A DNA stretch of 64,000 bases. Source: a virus. The stretch spans positions 9,895 through 73,894 of the IMG/VR virus record IMGVR_UViG_3300032061_000001. One strand, 5' to 3'. The position numbers and the translations under genes are program-made. Below the pieces are notes generated by a model that was given only the letters and a program-made list of their open reading frames with translations, was not told the DNA's origin and searched no databases. Positions 9,700-18,296 of the stretch are shown one piece after another (position 1 is the first letter of the stretch; each line of letters begins with the position of its first letter).

Positions 9700-10098
9700 C
9701 TAATCCTTCCTTGTCGGATCGTCAGACTGGAAATTTTTCTTCAGTCGCTCAATGATTGTTTTTAATTTTTCTGGCATTTCTGCCGTTTCTGTTCCTTCTT
9801 CTTCTCGGTTGGACTTTAGTTTTTCTGTTCTCTTTCTGCTTGCTTTGGCGTCTTTGCATGCCGTTTTTATTTCGTTGAACTTCAGTGGATACGTTGTATC
9901 CCTGTCTTCAAGTGATTTTAGACAAGATCTTAGATCTTCGTTGGAATATGCGCTTAAATCTTCCAGGAAATTAAACAGAATGTAGTCTGTCAGAGGAAAG
10001 GCATAATAAGCATTTAGCTTCACGATAAAATCGTGCATTTCTTGACATCTGTCTTTCCCGTATAGTTTGGCAGCTGTTTTTTTATCCGTGGTCGTCAC
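9700..10098 (-). CDS. putative helicase loader / replication accessory protein
   Basis: sits between the initiator and dnaB; helical with a YP..NEIK motif. Confidence 0.4.
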   Translation of the reverse strand: MTTTDKKTAAKLYGKDRCQEMHDFIVKLNAYYAFPLTDYILFNFLEDLSAYSNEDLRSCLKSLEDRDTTYPLKFNEIKTACKDAKASRKRTEKLKSNREEEGTETAEMPEKLKTIIERLKKNFQSDDPTRKD

Positions 10099-11090
10099 TT
10101 GAATTCCTCTGGCATTTCATAAAGCGGATTGCTGTACATTGTCGAATTTTTGATATCGCTCTCTTCGAGTTGCAATAGTTTACTCTTATGATCAGGGTTT
10201 AGGAGATATTTTACATTCAAAAGCTCTTTTTCGAAATCTTTTTTGACTGCCCCTTGAATCATTTTCAATAAGTCATCTTTCGTCAGAAAATATCGATTAT
10301 CTGGGAATAGCCAATGCTCAATCAGTAGATCTATTTCACGTCTTTCCGGGGGGAGTTTTGAGTTCGGATTTTTTGCTTTTCTCATGCACCCGATCACTTC
10401 AACTGCATCTTTTTCAAGATCCGGTTCTGGATATTCCAAGAGATATTGGTCGATTCTTATCATTCCATCTCTTAGTTTTTCTAATAAAAGTATTTTCCTA
10501 TCCGGGACTTCGATACCCGAATCTTCATTGGGATCATTTTCAGATTCATCTGTTACTTTACTTTCCTTTACTTTACTTTCCTTTACTTTACTTTGTGTAC
10601 CAGCGTTAACATTTTCTTCATTATTGTTAACATTTTCTTCTTCAATGTGCACATTTAACAATGAAATGGTTACTGTTGTATATTTCTTATTGTATTTTGG
10701 TAATACATCAATCAAAATGTATTCCTTTATAAAATTCACCTTTTTTCTTCTTTCTGTCCCTGAACAATAGTTGTTTTGCGATCTTATGGATGTTAAGATC
10801 GAAAATTTATCAAATAGTTCTTTATCGAACAGACCATACTTAATGCAATCATTTAAGATTGAGATGTATACATTTAAATCTAAATTGTTATCATGACAAA
10901 ATAAAAGATTGAAGTCTTCGTCAATCCTCAAAAAATAACCATCTTCGCGGTAAAGCTCCTCTAAAAGCATATTAAATACCGCATACCCTACTACGCCATG
11001 CTTTGCCATCAATAGCTTTGTTTTTTTATCAGATCTCATATCGACATCATGGCTATAGTAATCAATTCCAGGCTTTGTTTCCCGAGACAT
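10095..11090 (-). CDS. phage replication initiator (DUF4373/Lin1244-like N-terminus)
   Basis: GIDYYSHDVD..DKK..L..HG..GY...LLE..Y...GY..LTS..Q; KVKES repeats in the linker. Confidence 0.8.
   Translation of the reverse strand: MSRETKPGIDYYSHDVDMRSDKKTKLLMAKHGVVGYAVFNMLLEELYREDGYFLRIDEDFNLLFCHDNNLDLNVYISILNDCIKYGLFDKELFDKFSILTSIRSQNNYCSGTERRKKVNFIKEYILIDVLPKYNKKYTTVTISLLNVHIEEENVNNNEENVNAGTQSKVKESKVKESKVTDESENDPNEDSGIEVPDRKILLLEKLRDGMIRIDQYLLEYPEPDLEKDAVEVIGCMRKAKNPNSKLPPERREIDLLIEHWLFPDNRYFLTKDDLLKMIQGAVKKDFEKELLNVKYLLNPDHKSKLLQLEESDIKNSTMYSNPLYEMPEEFK
10554..10660. repeat. iteron-like repeats inside the initiator gene (putative origin)
   Basis: TACTTTACTTTCCTT x2.7 at 10554-10594; GTTAACATTTTCTTC at 10605 and 10626 (21-bp period) with a degenerate third copy near 10647. 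Confidence 0.6.
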
Positions 11091-11115
11091 AGCAATTCAT
11101 CTTCTGAAAAGATTA

Positions 11116-11313
11116 TCAATCAGCCAAATAGTTGTTAATGGCTTCTCTTAATTCGTGAGACATAACAGTTAATTCCTGACCTTTAGCCTGTTTGTAAAGG
11201 GTGTTATAGCTAAGCTTGCATCCAGACAGATAGTTCCTATGAAACCATGCAAAACTTCTATCTTTCTCTTTTATTTTGGACCAGAATTCTTCTCTCTTCT
11301 TTGCATCATTCAT
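11116..11313 (-). CDS. small putative HTH protein
   Basis: SFAWF..LSYNTLYKQAKG helix-turn-helix-like; TTGACT box upstream. Confidence 0.45.
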   Translation of the reverse strand: MNDAKKREEFWSKIKEKDRSFAWFHRNYLSGCKLSYNTLYKQAKGQELTVMSHELREAINNYLAD

Positions 11314-11428
11314 AATATATTTTATTATTATACTGTTAACAAAAAGTCAAATGTCTATAAAAAATAAATAGCACAATCACTGCCATCTATTATATCGTAG
11401 ATGATTACAGACAGTTTTCCATTTTAAA

Positions 11429-11483
11429 TATTAGCTAATTATTAGCTAATTATTAGCTAACTATTAACCAATAATTGCCTAAT
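11429..11483. repeat. five tandem 11-bp units with a palindromic ATTAGCTAAT core
   Basis: tattagctaat x2, tattagctaac, tattaaccaat, aattgcctaat. Confidence 0.75.
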
Positions 11484-11957
11484 ATTTAAACTCAGTTCAA
11501 CGAGCCGATCAGGCAATATTACTCGATACATAGAAATATCCCTTTTTAAGTTTTCTGATTTTTCGATTAATTGTTCGATGGCGGGTTGATTGTATTCCCA
11601 ATACTGATCCCAGAAATGAGATCTTTTCATAGCATGGTAATCGTTCAAAATGGACCGGATTACGACTTTTGGGTTCCCGATCTTGTTGTACCTCAATCTA
11701 TTTTTCATCCAAATTAGGTGGTATTTTGAATCGAATTCAACGTTCTTTTTCAATTCTTCTTGAATCATTCGTTTGACTTCCGCTCTTTCGATCCCGGTAC
11801 CATCTTCGATTGATTTGTAGGTATAGGGATAAATACCGCTTTCGGTTACCGCTTTGTTTGTGAGCAAATGAATAAAAATCAGCTTACCTTCCGGGGTGAA
11901 TTCTTGAAAATCTGGGTCATCCCATATACAGACATGGATAGGTCTTTGTTTCGCCAT
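11457..11957 (-). CDS. replication-initiator/replisome-organizer N-terminal-domain protein
   Basis: R.I...IWDDP...TPE.KL.FI.LLTN....SGIY pattern. Confidence 0.7.
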   Translation of the reverse strand: MAKQRPIHVCIWDDPDFQEFTPEGKLIFIHLLTNKAVTESGIYPYTYKSIEDGTGIERAEVKRMIQEELKKNVEFDSKYHLIWMKNRLRYNKIGNPKVVIRSILNDYHAMKRSHFWDQYWEYNQPAIEQLIEKSENLKRDISMYRVILPDRLVELSLNIRQLLVNS

Positions 11958-12683
11958 CTAAATGACCTTTTCATTGAAATAATCGCGCAGTCTTTTCTCA
12001 ATATAAATCTGCCCCTTCCCTGTTACCAAAACTTTGGTGGCTACTCTATCTTTTCCCTTGCTATCGGTATAAGAATATTCTTCGATTTCAAACCATTTAT
12101 TATCGAGAGCATATTGATAAGGTTTTTGTGTATTGATCAGGAGATTTAATCCGTTTTTATCTTTAAGGATTTTGAATAACCTATTTCTCCCAATCTCAAT
12201 TCCTTTTTTGCATAATACATTTGATAGCGTACCGACTTCTATCGTATCGTCCGATCGCTCAATATTCTCTGCGAATTCTACTTTTGGTTTCTGTTGTTCG
12301 ATTATTTTTGCTTGATCAGCGGCAAGTTGAAGCGCCTCCGCGTAGGTTTGAGGAATTTTTGGCTGGTTTTTTGTCTTATAAAAAAAATATGAATCTGTTA
12401 ACTTTTGTTTGAGATCGACTGCTTTCTCACTATTTCTGGATAATGTTACCAAGAATGTGGCTTGTTGTTCATTTAAAAAACAAACAGTCATGTTCTGGCA
12501 ACTTTCTGTATTTAAAGAAGGTGCCGTTTTAAACGCTACCTTTCCATATCGTAAAAACCGTTCTTCATATTTCCTAATAACCTCAAGAGTATTCTTGTGT
12601 TCAACATTAAGTTCTTGAGAAATTAAACGAGAATCAACTCTAAATTCTCCGTCTATATTCACTAAATTTAATAGTTCACCCAT
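11958..12683 (-). CDS. Rha-family regulator fused to KilA-C/ANT antirepressor domain
   Basis: VDSRLIS..HKN..LNEQQATFL..; IPQTYAEALQLAAD..KPKVEF..IGRNRLF..VTGKGQIY. Confidence 0.9.
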   Translation of the reverse strand: MGELLNLVNIDGEFRVDSRLISQELNVEHKNTLEVIRKYEERFLRYGKVAFKTAPSLNTESCQNMTVCFLNEQQATFLVTLSRNSEKAVDLKQKLTDSYFFYKTKNQPKIPQTYAEALQLAADQAKIIEQQKPKVEFAENIERSDDTIEVGTLSNVLCKKGIEIGRNRLFKILKDKNGLNLLINTQKPYQYALDNKWFEIEEYSYTDSKGKDRVATKVLVTGKGQIYIEKRLRDYFNEKVI

Positions 12684-12690
12684 ATTAACT

Positions 12691-12900
12691 TTATTTTTCT
12701 AGGTTTGCGGAGATACCTTCCGGATTAATTTGTTTTGTTTTTGGAATGACAATAGATTCACTCTTTGCAATTGATTCTTCTAGTTCAAAACAAATAAGCA
12801 TGTGCTCAGAGACACTTCTATCAAGACTTTGCGCTCGTTTTTGGATACGTTCTTTCCGTAGTGTTGATAATCTGATATGGATTTGATCGTCTTTTGGCAT
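12691..12900 (-). CDS. ribbon-helix-helix (Arc/CopG-like) regulator
   Basis: QIHIRLS...KERI..RA....RSVSE; start reset to MPKDDQ. Confidence 0.55.
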   Translation of the reverse strand: MPKDDQIHIRLSTLRKERIQKRAQSLDRSVSEHMLICFELEESIAKSESIVIPKTKQINPEGISANLEK

Positions 12901-12914
12901 GGGTAGTGTATAAT

Positions 12915-12934
12915 ATGTGTACTTGTGTTCACAT
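12915..12934. promoter_or_regulatory. inverted-repeat operator upstream of the RHH gene
   Basis: ATGTGTAC-TTGT-GTTCACAT (7/8 symmetric). Confidence 0.4.
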
Positions 12935-13013
12935 AAAAAAACAGCACTAAGGCTGTCGGTAGCCAACCAGTTGGAAAAGGAGAAAAGAACCAGTCGGCTA
13001 CCAGGGAACGAAT
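12935..13013 (-). ncRNA. putative sRNA: 15-bp hairpin with anti-SD loop, then intrinsic terminator
   Basis: promoter TTGACA(13047-13042)-16-TAGTCT with TG; stem GGUAGCCGACUGGUU/AACUGGUUGGCUACC; loop CUUUUCUCCUUUUCC; terminator ACAGC-CUUAGU-GCUGU-U6. Confidence 0.55.
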
Positions 13014-13085
13014 GTTACTAGACTATCAAATCGGAAATTTATGTCAACTGTTTTAACAGTTATATACAATATGTTTTTTAATCCT

Positions 13086-13289
13086 TTACAATCCTTCAGT
13101 AAAGAAATCGTTGGCGGCATATTCTGGAGACTGGATAAATTGCTTGAACATATCTTCAGTCAAAACAACTTTTGTGATTTTACCGCCTGATTTCAGAAAA
13201 TCTTCAACCGCTTCCGCGATGAAAGAATGATCCGGTTTAAATTTCGATCTGTCTTTCTTTCTTCTTTTTGCGAACATATTCTTATTCAT
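13086..13289 (-). CDS. small SutA-like protein (second copy)
   Basis: IAEAVEDFLKSGGKITKV; start MNKNMF behind AAAGGAGACG. Confidence 0.55.
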   Translation of the reverse strand: MNKNMFAKRRKKDRSKFKPDHSFIAEAVEDFLKSGGKITKVVLTEDMFKQFIQSPEYAANDFFTEGL

Positions 13290-13310
13290 TTTCGTCTCCT
13301 TTTGATTATT

Positions 13311-13340
13311 AAAAAGTGGCGACAACTGGTGCCGCCACTT
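13311..13340 (-). terminator. intrinsic terminator-like hairpin
   Basis: AAGTGGCGGCA-CCAGT-TGTCGCCACTT-TTT. Confidence 0.5.
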
Positions 13341-13358
13341 ACCTCAAATCTATTCTGT

Positions 13359-13529
13359 TTATCCAAATGACCATAAAAGGCTGCAGGCCCATATATTGGC
13401 CACAACAATACGGTTCCCGCTGATCGGCATTTTTATGGTTTCGATATATTTTGTCCCGTCTCTTGCGGGAGGTAAACCTATCCAATCAAGCAGCCTTGTT
13501 GATGGATAGGGGAAATAGGATAAATCCAT
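13359..13529 (-). CDS. 56-aa hypothetical protein (below ORF-track cutoff)
   Basis: MDLSYFPYPSTRLLDW..LLWSFG fills the gap 3 nt after the upstream stop. Confidence 0.4.
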   Translation of the reverse strand: MDLSYFPYPSTRLLDWIGLPPARDGTKYIETIKMPISGNRIVVANIWACSLLWSFG

Positions 13530-13532
13530 TTT

Positions 13533-14453
13533 TTAAATATGACAGTCAAAAATAGTCAATAACGTTTCTTCTGGAAGCGGTTTTATTACATTATCATAAA
13601 ATCCAAGCTCCCATAATACGGCTTCTTCATCCGACTCTCCAGATAACCCAAACCAACCCATCTCGCCCTTTTCGAACCATTTACCATTTTTCACATATGC
13701 CCACACGGTAAAATTCGATTCGCATTCTGCAAATATTTTCGCGGTTTTATATCGATCCAAATAGAATTCTTTTTTATACCAGTCCCATTTTAGTTCTTCT
13801 ACTTCCTCCTTATTAACGGGATGATCCCCATTAACTTTCATTTCCCAAAATCGTATCTCTTTGGAATATTTTTCTTTGGTTTGATGGCATTTAGACCAGT
13901 CAATTGAGAACTTAGTTGCTTGGTCAACTCGTGGCTGTGAGCATATATTTATAATTTCTTTCACTCCCCACCCCCACGAAAAATTTGGTGGTGATAATTT
14001 CGCAACATATTTGTATTTATCTTTCAATACTAGCCGCCCTGGATAACGACCCCCCAATTCATACCAATCCCATTTGGCGTTGGGATTAGCATGATATCCA
14101 TATCGGCCGTTCTCGTTTCTTGTTTCACCATGATATGATTCAACAAATTCATCGAGCGACGCAAATCTGTTTTTATGATAAACATCGATTTTTGGGAGAA
14201 GTTCTTTCGGAATCTCGGTTTGATTTCTAAAAATACCTTCTTCTCCAGTTTTGGATTTAAACATTTCATCCCATGGATAAACCAATGACCCATCAGGGAG
14301 CCTAATCATTTTACTAGACTCCCATTCATATTGACGCTCATATTCGTCGGTAATATCTATGAATTCTAGATATTTTTCTTGGCAATCTTCTTCAAAAGGT
14401 TCTAATTGTTTCCGTGGATTTTCACCAATTACCAACACGCAGAAATGCGACAT
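13533..14453 (-). CDS. hypothetical phage protein
   Basis: MSHFCVLVIG..NPNAKWDWYELGGR..GKWFEKGEMGWFG..DCHI, a motif set I recognise from phage proteins of unknown function. Confidence 0.75.
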   Translation of the reverse strand: MSHFCVLVIGENPRKQLEPFEEDCQEKYLEFIDITDEYERQYEWESSKMIRLPDGSLVYPWDEMFKSKTGEEGIFRNQTEIPKELLPKIDVYHKNRFASLDEFVESYHGETRNENGRYGYHANPNAKWDWYELGGRYPGRLVLKDKYKYVAKLSPPNFSWGWGVKEIINICSQPRVDQATKFSIDWSKCHQTKEKYSKEIRFWEMKVNGDHPVNKEEVEELKWDWYKKEFYLDRYKTAKIFAECESNFTVWAYVKNGKWFEKGEMGWFGLSGESDEEAVLWELGFYDNVIKPLPEETLLTIFDCHI

Positions 14454-14465
14454 TTCGTCTCCTTT

Positions 14466-16058
14466 TTAAAATTCGTAATTAAGTATCTTGGAGGCAACTC
14501 CCGCCTCGTCAACAAAAATTCTCTTAGGATTTATCATCTTTGATCGGAATCCACCACCGAAGAAATTAAGGATATCGAAAGGAAGATCTTCCCCCAAGTG
14601 CATTTTTAGCCAGCCTATTCCTTCAGTATCAAACAGGATTTCCTTTGTAAACTTTTTTGTTCCGCAATAGTAATGAGCTACAATCGCTGATTTATTTTTT
14701 GATGGCGCGCAATGCAATCTTGTTACGTTAAACCACTGCGGTTCTGAAATAACGGATGCTTTCGCGGCATACGGATTGGTGTTTTCTTCCGCCTCTGAAA
14801 TATAACTTGGGAATGGCCAGCCGCAATATGGACAGATTTTCATTCTGGCATGGCAGGGCATTCCGCATCGTTCGCATTGTTTATGTGGTTTTTTGGATGC
14901 TTCTTTTTCGCCTTCTCCATCATCGTCCGGCTCAACTTGATCAACCGGGCCGTGCAACCCGATATTCCCAGCGAAGTCTAACACCAGGAACGTTGTTTTA
15001 CCGATGGCAGGACAAAGGCGGAAACCACGTCCATACATCTGAACATAGCGTCCTTTTGAAAGTGTCGGCTTTATGTCAACGAGAGCCTTAATATTGGGAC
15101 AATCGAAACCTTCCACAAACATATTCACGCTGATCAAAAACCGGATCTCCTGCTTCTCGAAAGCAGCAATCAACGTATCGTCATCCTCTTCTGATTTTGA
15201 GTGAATGACGGCAACCGATTCTCCCCTGGATCTCAATTCTGAAGCGATATTCTCAGCGTGATTAATACTGACAGCAAACACAGCGATTGATTTCAATCCC
15301 TGGCATTTGTCCAGTGTCTCCGTCATTTGGGTCTTGATCAGACTGCTGACATTGACCTTTTTATCCAGATCAGCATCGACATATTCTTTGTTCTTGATCC
15401 GAACACCGGTTTTATCGATCCTGTTTTCTTTATCGATTCCTGGAGTGATTGGTCTGGCCAGATAACCCTGGGCCATCAATTCTTTGGTATTGGCCTTATA
15501 AACTAGGTCATCGAAGAGAAGATCACTTGACGGTCCGTAAATCAAACCAGAATTCATCCGGAAGGGAGTAGCTGTTAGACCACATACCCGCATGTTCGGA
15601 TTGAGATCCAGCATATCTTTTATAAATCGTTTATACTGCACAGAGGTCTTGAGGTTCACCCGCTGTGCTTCATCGATGATAAGGAAATTTACTGGGCCAA
15701 TCTCTTTGGCGCTTTTGAAAATGCTCTGAATCCCGGCGAAAATAACTTGCTGTTTGGTATCCCGTCTCCCTAATCCTTCCGAGTTTATCCCGAATAGTGC
15801 TTTCCCTTCAGGCCACAACCTGCATGTCGAATCGTAATCTTGCTGGACAAGTTTTTTAGAATGGGTTACCAGCATTACCCTGGCTTTTAATTCCCCGGCA
15901 TATCGTTTAATCTGATCCGCCATGACATACGATTTCCCGGAAGCAGTAGGCATGACGATAACACCGTTCCCCTTTTTGTTTTTCTTGAGATATTTATCAT
16001 ATGCCTTAACTGCTTCATTTTGAAAATATCTCAAGGTGATTAATGATTCAGCTCCCAT
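14466..16058 (-). CDS. SF2 DEAD/DEAH helicase (RadD/YejH-like) with C-terminal Zn finger
   Basis: PTASGKS, IIDEAQ, GLTATP, EGFDCP, QMYGRGFR, CERC..CPYC. Confidence 0.93.
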   Translation of the reverse strand: MGAESLITLRYFQNEAVKAYDKYLKKNKKGNGVIVMPTASGKSYVMADQIKRYAGELKARVMLVTHSKKLVQQDYDSTCRLWPEGKALFGINSEGLGRRDTKQQVIFAGIQSIFKSAKEIGPVNFLIIDEAQRVNLKTSVQYKRFIKDMLDLNPNMRVCGLTATPFRMNSGLIYGPSSDLLFDDLVYKANTKELMAQGYLARPITPGIDKENRIDKTGVRIKNKEYVDADLDKKVNVSSLIKTQMTETLDKCQGLKSIAVFAVSINHAENIASELRSRGESVAVIHSKSEEDDDTLIAAFEKQEIRFLISVNMFVEGFDCPNIKALVDIKPTLSKGRYVQMYGRGFRLCPAIGKTTFLVLDFAGNIGLHGPVDQVEPDDDGEGEKEASKKPHKQCERCGMPCHARMKICPYCGWPFPSYISEAEENTNPYAAKASVISEPQWFNVTRLHCAPSKNKSAIVAHYYCGTKKFTKEILFDTEGIGWLKMHLGEDLPFDILNFFGGGFRSKMINPKRIFVDEAGVASKILNYEF

Positions 16059-16067
16059 AGCTCCTTT

Positions 16068-17831
16068 CTACCAGGTTATTTCTGATTTTTTGATAACTGG
16101 TTCTTTGACAGTTTCTACTGGTTTTTCTTCCGTTAGTCTTTTCGGAATGACACTTTTTACATTCCCAGCTTCAATCAACACGGCTCCAGGTTCTTCTGTC
16201 GTGATCGTTTCAAGTATTACAGTATAGCCATGTTCTTCTGCAACTTCAAAAATAACATGCTGACTTTTCATGCTCAACGCATGTCCCTGACGGACAACGA
16301 TAACATTTAATGGACCGGTATTACCAGCTATTAGGATATTCGTACAGATCCGCATTTGCTCACCCTCTGATCTGTCCAATATCGTCTGCTTTCCTCTCCC
16401 ATCCCCGGAATCATACCAGACCGTATTTTCATCAATCGTCAGTCCTTCCATTGGGAATTTTACACCAGACCCGGCTTTAGATTTTGCCTTCTGATTGGTA
16501 TCTCGTTTTGCATCAATGTTTTTTATGGACTGCCTAACTAGCGCAATCCCTTTTTCTGATGCTATGTATTTCTCGCGGTTTTTTACCTGCTCATTGTCGC
16601 GTTCAATGTTTGTCATCCGCTCTTGAACTGAGGCGAGTTGTCTTTTCAGATACTCAGAAAGATTTTCATCTGGTTCTTGAATCGGTAATTGATACTTGAA
16701 GAAGACTTCACTTGCTTTCCCCATATTTGTTTTATGAGAATGTTCGGCAAATGTTTTCTCGGATGTTTTCTTTGTAATCAACTCATTTTTTATTATCAGC
16801 TCATTTTGAGCATTCGCGAGACGTTCGGTATCTCGTTCTATTTCTCTTTCCTTTGCCTGAATAGACTCTTTCTTTTCCTGTTCTCTCTTCTCATGAACTC
16901 GGAATAGAGAAAGCTCTTCGGTGAGCTTCCGGATCTTGTCTTCAATATCAGTAGTTCCTGTCCAGATAACCGGTTTGTTTATTTCTCTGAAAGTTTCGAG
17001 ATTGGATTTTTCTTCATCTAAAAGTTCTTGACGGTTTGAAATGGACTCTGCAAGGGCATCACGATCTTGAATCGACTCGTTGATTGCGGATTCAATTTGT
17101 ATAAGTTCCTTCTTTGATTGAATCAACTCTGATTGTACTGCCGTTAAGTCCTGCAATTGTTTTGAGATTGCCGCAGGATCGACAAATTCTTTTGCCCAAT
17201 CATCTTGCGGAACATCAAGAGACGCGAACTCCCCTAATTGGCGTTTCAGTTCGATGTTCTCGGCTTGTTTTTGCGCGAAGAGTTCTTGTTCAAGCAGGAT
17301 GTACGGTTTGAAATCTACGCCGACCATTGCCGCTACTTTTTCTGCCAGATTTCTGTCTCCATGCGGGTCTTCGAGTGTTTTCGCGAGATCAACCGGGTCA
17401 ATGAAAAGACCCAATAGATTTTTGATCTTTTCTCTTGAAGGAGTTTTATCGACTTCCCCGGTAATGGCATCCGTGAGGGTCATATTGACGGTTCCTTTTT
17501 CGGTCTCACTGAAGTTTACATAGAATTTATCAATTGTTTTTCCGTTTAGTTCAATCACTCCTTTATCACATTCGATACCGAGTTGAACTTTTGCTTTTTT
17601 AATGGCTTCTGTCGAATAAGGGCCGACCAGATTATTGTATTTGATCGGTATCTTTTTCTTATCCAAGGCGGCATAGATGGCAAGAATAACGGCGGTTTTA
17701 CCGGCTCCATTTTCACCATAGACGGTGAGCGGTTTTCCTTTCTCGAATTTGTACGCGAATACTTCTATCCCTTTAAGATTGTGGATTACCATCTCAAAGA
17801 TTGTTGCATTTAATTTATTCTGTGTTTGCAT
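16068..17831 (-). CDS. SMC/Rad50-like ATPase
   Basis: N-terminal GENGAGKT, long coiled coil, C-terminal RSEGEQ signature. Confidence 0.8.
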   Translation of the reverse strand: MQTQNKLNATIFEMVIHNLKGIEVFAYKFEKGKPLTVYGENGAGKTAVILAIYAALDKKKIPIKYNNLVGPYSTEAIKKAKVQLGIECDKGVIELNGKTIDKFYVNFSETEKGTVNMTLTDAITGEVDKTPSREKIKNLLGLFIDPVDLAKTLEDPHGDRNLAEKVAAMVGVDFKPYILLEQELFAQKQAENIELKRQLGEFASLDVPQDDWAKEFVDPAAISKQLQDLTAVQSELIQSKKELIQIESAINESIQDRDALAESISNRQELLDEEKSNLETFREINKPVIWTGTTDIEDKIRKLTEELSLFRVHEKREQEKKESIQAKEREIERDTERLANAQNELIIKNELITKKTSEKTFAEHSHKTNMGKASEVFFKYQLPIQEPDENLSEYLKRQLASVQERMTNIERDNEQVKNREKYIASEKGIALVRQSIKNIDAKRDTNQKAKSKAGSGVKFPMEGLTIDENTVWYDSGDGRGKQTILDRSEGEQMRICTNILIAGNTGPLNVIVVRQGHALSMKSQHVIFEVAEEHGYTVILETITTEEPGAVLIEAGNVKSVIPKRLTEEKPVETVKEPVIKKSEITW

Positions 17832-17954
17832 CTTTCTCCTTTTGCTTATGTTTTAATTGGTCCCCACGAGATCATTTTCATGATTCTTTCCTTTCGGTTT
17901 TGTATCTCTAACTATAGAGTCATGGATATTTTGATGGGTAGTGGACAGGATTTT

Positions 17955-18173
17955 TTACCAATCACCGCCATCATTTGAAATATCAATGGTAGTAATGACA
18001 TAATTTGGATCAACCCCACCACTATTCGTATTCATTTGTTCTTGATTATGTCCATGTTTCATGACACATAGAGTACCGCTTGCAGAATAAAGCCATAAGC
18101 TTTTGGGCCATATCTTAGCCACCCTTTTTAACGCTTTGATGGCTTTTTCTTCTTCCCTGGATAATTCAATCAT
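17955..18173 (-). CDS. hypothetical phage protein
   Basis: WPKSLWLYSASG...DGGDW; 72 aa. Confidence 0.6.
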   Translation of the reverse strand: MIELSREEEKAIKALKRVAKIWPKSLWLYSASGTLCVMKHGHNQEQMNTNSGGVDPNYVITTIDISNDGGDW

Positions 18174-18191
18174 AACTTTTCTATTAAATGA

Positions 18192-18293
18192 TGAGAGCGG
18201 GCAGGATTCTTACCTGCAACAGCTATACGCTGATTTATGACACTGTAACGATTGAGTACGTACTTGGTGTATGTCTTTTCCACCACCGCTCCC
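18192..18293 (-). ncRNA. tRNA-like element / pseudo-tRNA
   Basis: acceptor GGGAGCGG/CCGCUCUC, D-arm GUG-GAAAAGACAUA-CAC, variable hairpin CAGC-GUAUA-GCUG, T-arm GCAGG-UAAGAAU-CCUGC; no canonical anticodon arm. Confidence 0.55.
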
Positions 18294-18296
18294 ATG

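Noticed and set aside
7636-16058. Inteins or introns in DnaB or the SF2 helicase
   Set aside because: Both have normal length and contiguous motifs.
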